A stretch of 14,787 nt of DNA from a virus. Under the pieces are notes generated by a model. The model made no database searches. It was not told where the DNA came from and worked only from the letters and a program-made list of their open reading frames with translations. The stretch lies in IMG/VR virus record IMGVR_UViG_3300027782_000022; one strand, written 5' to 3'. Shown here in pieces: positions 1-4,437 of the stretch. The position numbers were made by a program, and so were the translations under genes. How positions within the stretch are numbered: position 1 is the stretch's first letter; every line of letters starts with the position of its first letter.

Positions 1-127
1 CCACAGTCCTCCGTTGCGGCCCTGTCTCCAACCGTGGCAGCACGAACCCTTCAGGATGTACCCGAGCCTTCTCGGTCACGCTTTGGCCTCTCCTGGAGCG
101 TTCTGGGACTTCTGGGGGATAATTGAG
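1..127. repeat. Terminal direct repeat, copy 1. Exact duplicate of 14661..14787, most likely the overlap of a circular assembly.
   Basis: Base-by-base comparison shows ccacagtcctccgttgcggc...tctgggggataattgag is identical at both window ends (127/127). The repeat cuts through a coding sequence (TerL 5' end), which fits an assembly overlap better than a physical terminal repeat. Confidence 0.95.
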
Positions 128-454
128 AGGGGCGGCGGGAGTGTCCGATGGCCTGTCTGAAAAACGGGTTGCAACTTTTTTTCCGTTCCGTTTCGCGGTG
201 GCTCGCGCTGATCCGAGTCGGCCGCCGTGTGATCGGTTGCAGCTGAGGTGGGCTATGCCTGCGGCGTCAAGGCTGGGGGCTATTTCGCCTGTTTCTGCCA
301 ATGGTGGTTCGTGGTCTGCGCTTGGGCCGTCTGGGTGTGATCCGGGCAAGGTCATGTCGACTGGGTAGCCGCAGCGGATACAGACGGCTTCGCATTTGGC
401 TAGGACTTGCTTGCGCCATGCTCGATAGGCCGCTGTGTTGTGGAGACTGCTCAT
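1..454 (-). CDS. HNH endonuclease domain ORF, partial in this window. It has no stop codon and continues in frame into the large terminase across the circular junction.
   Basis: The ATG at 454..452 overlaps the stop of the upstream 72-aa ORF (ATGA). Hand translation gives MSSLHNTAAYRAWRKQVLAKCEAVCIRCGYPVDMTLPGSHPDGPSADHEPPLAETGEIAPSLDAAGIAHLSCNRSHGGRLGSARATAKRNGKKVATRFSDRPSDTPAAPLNYPPEVPERSRRGQS, followed by the TerL start codon GTG. It carries a C-x2-C...DH...AH-x2-CN-x-S-x-G HNH signature. The frame is open to base 1, and bases 1..127 repeat the TerL 5' end. It is absent from the ORF track because it runs off the window edge. Confidence 0.8.
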   Translation of the reverse strand, partial: MSSLHNTAAYRAWRKQVLAKCEAVCIRCGYPVDMTLPGSHPDGPSADHEPPLAETGEIAPSLDAAGIAHLSCNRSHGGRLGSARATAKRNGKKVATRFSDRPSDTPAAPLNYPPEVPERSRRGQSVTEKARVHPEGFVLPRLETGPQRRTV

Positions 455-669
455 GCTCGGCGTCCGGCAAGAATCCTGTGGACTGCTTCGACGGGGTAGC
501 CCTTCTGTCGGGCTTGGCAGGCCATGAGCCAGCGCTCATGTGTTTCGGGTCGGCAGAACTGGCAGGGGCTGGTGTGGTCGGTGTCTATCCAGCCTCGGTA
601 ACAGATTACGTGGCCGCAGTTGCAGCCAGGCTTTCGACAGTGTGCGTCTATTTCGATGGGTGTGTGCAT
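451..669 (-). CDS. Cys-rich putative zinc-finger protein (72 aa) of unknown function. It is the first gene after the large non-coding region and is coupled to the HNH-TerL ORF.
   Basis: The ORF has 7 Cys (C-x4-C-x-C-x4-C...C-x2-C). An extended SD, aGGGGAAAcaaATG, lies upstream. Its stop overlaps the HNH start (ATGA). Confidence 0.7.
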   Translation of the reverse strand: MHTPIEIDAHCRKPGCNCGHVICYRGWIDTDHTSPCQFCRPETHERWLMACQARQKGYPVEAVHRILAGRRA

Positions 670-915
670 TTGTTTCCCCTAGCGTTTGCGGCCATTCGTC
701 CGGGCTTGTCCCTACGGGCCCAGCCGAACGGCCGTTGGTGGTTGAGTGAGTATCTTCCCCGATCATCCTCTAATCGTTTCCGATCTTGCATCTACTCCGC
801 GACCATGCACCCATTTCCGCATGGCAGGCCCACCAGCTTTAACCTGGGTTAGACCCGCCAATGACTCGGGCCATGGCATAGGGGGCGCTGCCATGCGGCG
901 ATGGTGCTGTGCGAG
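670..915. promoter_or_regulatory. Largest non-coding region of the genome (246 bp). Candidate promoter, operator, origin or packaging-site region.
   Basis: I found no convincing ORF in the sense direction. It lies between the last early-type gene and the packaging genes and contains clustered CATGGCA/CCATGC motifs and inverted repeats. No confident -35/-10 pair was identified. Confidence 0.45.
817..898. repeat. Inverted repeat: CCGCATGGCAG (817..827) and CTGCCATGCGG (888..898), 11/11 bp. A third CATGGCA copy lies at 872..878.
   Basis: Read directly from the sequence. The 889..895 arm (TGCCATG) can pair either with 872..878 (7 bp, 10-nt loop) or with 817..827 (11 bp, 60-nt loop). Flanking ccat/atgg (811..814 and 901..904) extends the long stem past a 2x2 internal loop. 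Confidence 0.75.
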
Positions 916-1044
916 TTAGTTAGATGCTTCGGGATGCTGTTCGAGGTAGGCCTGCCACACGTGGGCTTGGAGCCTGCCGCGCTGACCTACTGGAATGCCG
1001 ACCTTCCGAGCCCATGCCCGGACATCCTTTTCGGTTGCGATCAT
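916..1044 (-). CDS. Stand-alone Lsr2-like DNA-binding domain protein (42 aa).
   Basis: Hand translation gives MIATEKDVRAWARKVGIPVGQRGRLQAHVWQAYLEQHPEASN. This matches the Lsr2 C-terminal domain pattern (I/V)R-x-WAR-x2-G-x2-V-x2-RGR(I/L)-x3-V-x2-AY. The ATG overlaps the upstream stop (ATGA), and the SD aGGAGGGGAAAccgaATG lies upstream. The ORF is below the track length cutoff. Confidence 0.75.
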   Translation of the reverse strand: MIATEKDVRAWARKVGIPVGQRGRLQAHVWQAYLEQHPEASN

Positions 1045-1721
1045 TCGGTTTCCCCTCCTGTGAACGCTTCGACCGTGGTCGATTTAGCCATGTGCTCAAT
1101 GACGTCAGATGCTGCTCGCTTCGTCAGGTCGTCAAGGGTGGTGACGGTATCACGGTTCGCGGCCATGAGACAGGCATTGACAAGACCCATGAACTCTTCG
1201 CGTGTCGTAATGCCCATCTCTTTGGCCATGCCCCTGATCTTGCCTTTCTGAGCTGTGGAAGCATAGTTCTCCAGGCCTCCGTGCTCATTCCGTGTTGTGC
1301 GCGGGATAGGTTGTCCATTGGGGAAAGTCTCGACCACAGGTTGAGGCTTGTAAAACGGGTCGTCGGCTGGTGTACCAGTTAAACGCTCAGCCTTAGTCAT
1401 TTCCGTCATTGAGGCGCGGAACTTTTCTTTGGAGTATCCAGCATTTGCCAGGGCTCGACCGATGGCTGAGGTTTCGCAGTTTTCCAGGGCTGACGTCTTA
1501 TTGACTGGGGAGCCGCCGACTACCTCCTCGGCAAATCCGTTTGCAGCTAGTCGGTCGCCGATCCAGACTTGGGCCTCCATGACGTACTGGAGAGGTCGGC
1601 CTGTTTCGTCCCGAATAACCTCGATAAGCCTGGACTCGATGCGGCCATCGTCCTTGTGTTCGCCCCAAAACTTATGAATACGGGTGTCGACGGTTTCGTA
1701 TTGGCTGAGATCAAACGCCAT
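1041..1721 (-). CDS. Putative DNA-binding / recombination-replication protein (226 aa). The function is tentative.
   Basis: The ORF is long with good coding character. The N-terminal domain ends in NKTSALENCETSAIGRALANAGY, which resembles the terminal helix of Rad52/Sak-like phage annealing proteins as I remember them. The C-terminal region (AQKGKIRGMAKEMGI...LDDLTKRAASDVIEHM) resembles a helical tail common in phage replication and recombination proteins. No search was done. Confidence 0.55.
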   Translation of the reverse strand: MAFDLSQYETVDTRIHKFWGEHKDDGRIESRLIEVIRDETGRPLQYVMEAQVWIGDRLAANGFAEEVVGGSPVNKTSALENCETSAIGRALANAGYSKEKFRASMTEMTKAERLTGTPADDPFYKPQPVVETFPNGQPIPRTTRNEHGGLENYASTAQKGKIRGMAKEMGITTREEFMGLVNACLMAANRDTVTTLDDLTKRAASDVIEHMAKSTTVEAFTGGETE

Positions 1722-1851
1722 GATTTGCCGCCAATACTTCGACGCAGCGCCATGAACAGAAATGCATAGTCAGCCCGACGCGGGGCGTAAGCGTGATGAA
1801 AGCGCCGTCGTGCATAACAGTCCGGCAATCGTTGCATTGGTACAGGATCAT
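1711..1851 (-). CDS. FCS/TRASH-type zinc-ribbon mini-protein (46 aa).
   Basis: Hand translation gives MILYQCNDCRTVMHDGAFITLTPRVGLTMHFCSWRCVEVLAANHGV. The pattern is C-x2-C-x22-C-x3-C, with the hallmark FCS-x2-C. The ATG overlaps the upstream stop (ATGA), a GGGGAAAG SD lies upstream, and the 3' end overlaps the next gene by 11 nt. Confidence 0.65.
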   Translation of the reverse strand: MILYQCNDCRTVMHDGAFITLTPRVGLTMHFCSWRCVEVLAANHGV

Positions 1852-1976
1852 TTCTTTCCCCATTCTTCGCATATTTCCTTGTGGTGTTTTACTGCTTCAG
1901 CCAAAGCCGTTTTTACGGTTGGCCCCATGACGCGCCCACATGTGCAGGACGCCGAATACATGATGTAGGCGGTCAT
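1848..1976 (-). CDS. Hypothetical mini-protein (42 aa).
   Basis: Hand translation gives MTAYIMYSASCTCGRVMGPTVKTALAEAVKHHKEICEEWGKK. It has ATGA overlaps at both ends and fills what would otherwise be an empty gap in a tightly packed operon. I recognise no motif. Confidence 0.45.
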   Translation of the reverse strand: MTAYIMYSASCTCGRVMGPTVKTALAEAVKHHKEICEEWGKK

Positions 1977-2350
1977 GCCAGGATCTCCCATTCTCGGAGG
2001 ATGCGGCCATGATTGCCCTTGATTATCGATGTGGTAAACCCAGACGCTCGGATGAGGCCTTTAGAGGCCCAGGAGTGCATCAGGGCGCCGATCTGGTTGC
2101 TCGATCCGCAGGGTAGACCCACGTGCATCCTAAGGTCGTCGGCTGTGATTGTTTGCCCAGGCCCAAGGTTTCGCCTGTAATCGTTGGCGCGGTTGTGCCA
2201 TTCGGCATCCTTGACGACAGCGGCTGTGGCTGCGGCTTTGGCTGCATAACCGTCGCCAGCAGCACACCAGCTGCAAACGCCATTCCGGATAGGCCGACCA
2301 CAAGTAGTGCAGTCGTCAAGCGTTGTGGCGAATAAGGTTCCATCGTGCAT
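1973..2350 (-). CDS. Zn-ribbon plus putative winged-helix DNA-binding protein (125 aa). Possible regulator or replication initiator.
   Basis: I place the start at the internal ATG (MHDGTLFATTLDDCTTCGRPIRNGVCSWCAAGDG...) preceded by cGAAGGGGAAAcgATG. This is the same leader as the HTH gene. The 221-aa track ORF extends upstream over two other genes, so I reject that extension. CxxC...CxxC lies at the N-terminus, and the C-terminal NQIGALMHSWASKGLIRASGFTTS...NHGRILREWE looks wHTH-like. Confidence 0.7.
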   Translation of the reverse strand: MHDGTLFATTLDDCTTCGRPIRNGVCSWCAAGDGYAAKAAATAAVVKDAEWHNRANDYRRNLGPGQTITADDLRMHVGLPCGSSNQIGALMHSWASKGLIRASGFTTSIIKGNHGRILREWEILA

Positions 2351-2379
2351 CGTTTCCCCTTCGTGTGTGTTTGTGTTTG

Positions 2380-2484
2380 TTAAAGGCCTGGAGCCTCGAG
2401 CCAGCCGATTAGGCCCATGAAGGCCAGCCCGACTGCTGTGGCGCCAATGTAGAACAGGACTCTGACAAAATACTGAAGCGACAT
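2380..2484 (-). CDS. Single-pass membrane mini-peptide (34 aa).
   Basis: Hand translation gives MSLQYFVRVLFYIGATAVGLAFMGLIGWLEAPGL. The start lies 5 nt after the stop of the transglycosylase-like gene, in the context GGAAAGTAGGGGAAATG. One clear hydrophobic helix is present. Confidence 0.5.
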   Translation of the reverse strand: MSLQYFVRVLFYIGATAVGLAFMGLIGWLEAPGL

Positions 2485-2489
2485 TTCCC

Positions 2490-2876
2490 CTACTTTCCTG
2501 GTGTGCAGGTCCAGCGACCGCCGGCCCAATGCTTTGAGCCCGACCACTTTCCCCTGTAATTAAGCGTTTCGACCATGGCCGCGATCTGAAGATTCCGAGG
2601 CCATTTGTGCATTTCTGTTGCCCTAAGGCGTGCGGCAAATTCCCTAGGCTTTGGGTGCCAGGTCTTCAGCCAGTCAAGCATCATCCATGTGGCCCCATCG
2701 GTCAGGGCGTCATTGAATTGGAACATTCCAAAGTACCCGTTTGTCCGGTTCGTGCTTTTCGGGTTGCTGTGTGATTCCCGCTCGGCCACACAATGCACAT
2801 AGGCAGCCTGATCGGGAGGGATCACGTAGGTCGGGCCTGCGAGGAGGGCCGCAGCTGTCACGGCCGCGACGATCAA
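2490..2876 (-). CDS. Transglycosylase/lysozyme-like protein with an Ala-rich N-terminal hydrophobic segment (128 aa). The start codon is uncertain.
   Basis: VAERESHSNPKSTNRTNGYFGMFQF resembles the E-S...G-(L/M)-(F/M)-Q catalytic region of SLT/Rpf-type transglycosylases. The N-terminus is MIVAAVTAAALLAGP. The track start is TTG, overlapping the HTH stop (TTGA). A GTG five codons downstream is an alternative start. Confidence 0.65.
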   Translation of the reverse strand: MIVAAVTAAALLAGPTYVIPPDQAAYVHCVAERESHSNPKSTNRTNGYFGMFQFNDALTDGATWMMLDWLKTWHPKPREFAARLRATEMHKWPRNLQIAAMVETLNYRGKWSGSKHWAGGRWTCTPGK

Positions 2877-3070
2877 ACCGCCTCGATGATCGTAACGGTA
2901 GGCGATACGCGAGTACGCGTGATTGCTTCCACGCTGTCGCGGTTTACTCGCCTCTGGCCGCCGGGCGTCCTGTGTCCCTCGATGATGCCGAGGTCGAGGT
3001 AGCGCCCGACCGTGTCAGTTGAGACGCCAAGGATCTTGGCAGCCTCTCCAGGTGTAATGATTTCGCTCAT
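2873..3070 (-). CDS. Excisionase/MerR-type helix-turn-helix DNA-binding protein (65 aa).
   Basis: ITPGEAAKILGVSTDTVGRYLDLGIIEGHRTPGGQRRVNRDSVE matches the HTH_17 / excisionase-family pattern. The leader cGAAAGGGGAAAcgATG follows a 49-bp non-coding gap. Confidence 0.85.
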   Translation of the reverse strand: MSEIITPGEAAKILGVSTDTVGRYLDLGIIEGHRTPGGQRRVNRDSVEAITRTRVSPTVTIIEAV

Positions 3071-3119
3071 CGTTTCCCCTTTCGAGGTAGAACGTAGCAG
3101 GCTTTACGCGATTTGCGCG

Positions 3120-3557
3120 CTATTTCTTGGGCGTGTTCAGGATCGGCAGCGGGAACGTCTGGGCGTTGTTTTCGCCCTTGGTTGTGAATGACACGTGAAT
3201 ATGGTGCATATGACCGTAGCCTGAGCCGCGCCATTTCCACATCGAGTTGGCGTATGTCCCTGAAGCAATTTGGTCATTGAAGACCACGTACTTGATGCGG
3301 TTAGCGCCTGGAATTCCTGAGGCCGCATAGGCCACGATCTGGTTAGCGAGCCGTTGTGCTGCGCCTGGATCTTTGGGGTCTAGGTCGGCGTCGATATCGA
3401 GGGCGTGGACCAGGCCTCGAGCGTCGGGGTTGTGGTCTGAATGCCTTCCGGCGTGTGCCTTGTCGCCGATCCAGCCGTCTGAACGCTTGTCGCGCTTGGG
3501 CCAGCGCTTATTGACCTGATTGCGGAGGGTTACGCCTCCGGCTACTAGGCGGGCCAT
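3120..3557 (-). CDS. Endolysin: single-domain zinc peptidase of the DD-peptidase/LAS (M15-like) fold (145 aa).
   Basis: His/Asp metal-ligand signature GDKAHAGRHSDHNPDARGLVHALDID...GHMHHIHVSF. It sits directly after holin-like genes (TAATG overlap at 3557). No cell-wall-binding domain is evident. Confidence 0.8.
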   Translation of the reverse strand: MARLVAGGVTLRNQVNKRWPKRDKRSDGWIGDKAHAGRHSDHNPDARGLVHALDIDADLDPKDPGAAQRLANQIVAYAASGIPGANRIKYVVFNDQIASGTYANSMWKWRGSGYGHMHHIHVSFTTKGENNAQTFPLPILNTPKK

Positions 3558-3805
3558 TACTCTCCCTCGATTTCTAGCTCGGGCATTGTGGCAGTGTCGT
3601 CCACATGGGGCCTCGAGTTCATGCCGTAGCGGTAATCGTCACGGTTGAGGGCGTTCATTAGGACGGGGATGCCTGCGGCCCCTAGGGCCACGATTAGGGG
3701 GTGAACGTTGGAGGTGGCAAGCCATGAGCCTAAGGCCCCTAGGAGGGCTCCTGCGAGGCTCTTAGCGACCGTACCTTCCCAAGTAACCGCCAGCCATTTA
3801 CCCAT
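3557..3805 (-). CDS. Holin candidate (82 aa, two predicted TM helices, charged C-terminal tail).
   Basis: Hydrophobic stretches SLAGALLGALGSWLA and PLIVALGAAGIPVLM. It lies immediately upstream of, and is coupled to, the endolysin. Confidence 0.7.
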   Translation of the reverse strand: MGKWLAVTWEGTVAKSLAGALLGALGSWLATSNVHPLIVALGAAGIPVLMNALNRDDYRYGMNSRPHVDDTATMPELEIEGE

Positions 3806-3820
3806 GACTTACCACCTGTC

Positions 3821-4027
3821 TTAGAGTCGACTTGCGAGGTCGTCGAGTTTCGCCGATATGTCGGCCAGGCTGGAGCCGCCGTTGCGGTAGCCGGGCTGAA
3901 TGGTCTTTGTGTAGCGCTCGATTTCTTGCCTGACGACTGATCGAATTAGCCAGAATAGGCCGGCGAGGATTGCGGCGAGAATGGTTATTACGCCGACCGC
4001 TACGCCGACGACATCTGTCCACTGCAT
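3821..4027 (-). CDS. Single-pass membrane protein (68 aa). Possible holin, antiholin or lysis accessory.
   Basis: N-terminal TM helix VVGVAVGVITILAAILAGLFWLI, followed by the soluble tail ...NGGSSLADISAKLDDL. I recall that motif from actinophage membrane proteins. Its position is in the lysis cassette. Confidence 0.65.
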   Translation of the reverse strand: MQWTDVVGVAVGVITILAAILAGLFWLIRSVVRQEIERYTKTIQPGYRNGGSSLADISAKLDDLASRL

Positions 4028-4036
4028 TAGCCCAGG

Positions 4037-4177
4037 CTAACGATTCTTGAGGCGCTCGAGCACGATTGCCCGGGCGCGTTCCGTCGAGCTAGTCGGCTTA
4101 GGCGCGGCCTTCTTTGCCGGGCGCTTCTTGGGCTCCTCGAGTCCCTCAATGATTTCCTCGGTCTGCTGCTCGCTCAT
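4037..4177 (-). CDS. Highly charged mini-protein (46 aa) of unknown function.
   Basis: Hand translation gives MSEQQTEEIIEGLEEPKKRPAKKAAPKPTSSTERARAIVLERLKNR. The ATG overlaps the upstream stop (ATGA). Most third positions are G/C by eye, as in neighbouring genes. It fills a gap that would otherwise be 146 bp. Confidence 0.5.
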   Translation of the reverse strand: MSEQQTEEIIEGLEEPKKRPAKKAAPKPTSSTERARAIVLERLKNR

Positions 4178-4437
4178 GGGTTTAGTCCATTCATCCATAC
4201 CGGTGCAATAAATTCGTCTAGAGAGGGGTCATAAGTCCAACCGTATGAAGGAAATGACCCTCGGAAAGAGCCGCTATAAGAGCATTGCAACCAAGTTCCC
4301 GCAATCCCTAGCGATGCCTGGAAGGCCTGCCCAAGAGGTTCGGACTCTGGGAAGTCTCCCCCGTTAATGTCATCATTGTTAATGACCTGCACCTGAATAA
4401 CGCGGTTAGTCTCGTCAATTTCCGCAAAATGCGCCAT
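4174..4437 (-). CDS. Conserved small phage protein of unknown function (87 aa), downstream of the fibre gene.
   Basis: MAHFAEIDETNRVIQVQVINNDD...G..FQASLGIAGTWLQCSYSGSFRGSFPSYGWTYDPSLDEF resembles a widespread MAHFA... phage family seen next to tail-fibre genes, from memory. TAATG overlap with the fibre gene. Confidence 0.7.
   Translation of the reverse strand: MAHFAEIDETNRVIQVQVINNDDINGGDFPESEPLGQAFQASLGIAGTWLQCSYSGSFRGSFPSYGWTYDPSLDEFIAPVWMNGLNP

Noticed and set aside
1-127. The 127-bp terminal repeat as a genuine physical direct terminal repeat of a linear genome.
   Set aside because: The repeat falls inside the TerL/HNH coding frame, and its length is what a circular assembly overlap would leave. 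It cannot be fully excluded without read-terminus analysis.
301-852. 183-aa plus-strand ORF, and the other plus-strand ORFs at 123..368, 540..749, 6628..7101, 7909..8322 and 13706..14278.
   Set aside because: They lie antisense to well-supported minus-strand genes in GC-rich DNA. Their products are Arg/Pro/Ser/Cys-rich and low-complexity, with no SD or coupling. They are typical shadow ORFs.
536-894. Possible small ORFs inside the non-coding region: 763..894 (43 aa) and the 76-aa track ORF 536..766.
   Set aside because: Neither has an SD or a recognisable motif. The 76-aa ORF overlaps the Cys-rich gene out of frame with an Arg/Pro-rich product. I kept the region as non-coding, but this is not proven.
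1547-1837. 96-aa minus-strand ORF bridging the 125-aa and 226-aa genes.
   Set aside because: It overlaps the 226-aa gene by about 175 nt out of frame and has an Arg-rich junk-like sequence. The same DNA is better explained by two ATGA-coupled mini-ORFs, one of which has a clean FCS zinc-ribbon motif.
1973-2638. Full 221-aa extent of the track ORF.
   Set aside because: The N-terminal 96 codons overlap the 34-aa TM ORF and the 3' end of the transglycosylase-like gene, and they look like junk (RSRPWSKRLITGESGRAQ...). An internal ATG at 2350 carries the same strong leader as the HTH gene, so I call 1973..2350.
2873-3070. The excisionase-type HTH as evidence for a temperate, integrating element.
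   Set aside because: There is no integrase, recombinase or att-like repeat anywhere on the circle. This HTH class also serves as a plain transcription regulator.
3071-3119. Intrinsic terminator or promoter call in the 49-bp gap after the endolysin (small hairpin GCGCG-caaat-CGCGT; TACGTT as a possible -10).
   Set aside because: The stem is only 4-5 bp with no U-tract, and no convincing -35 lies at proper spacing. This is too weak to annotate as a discrete feature.
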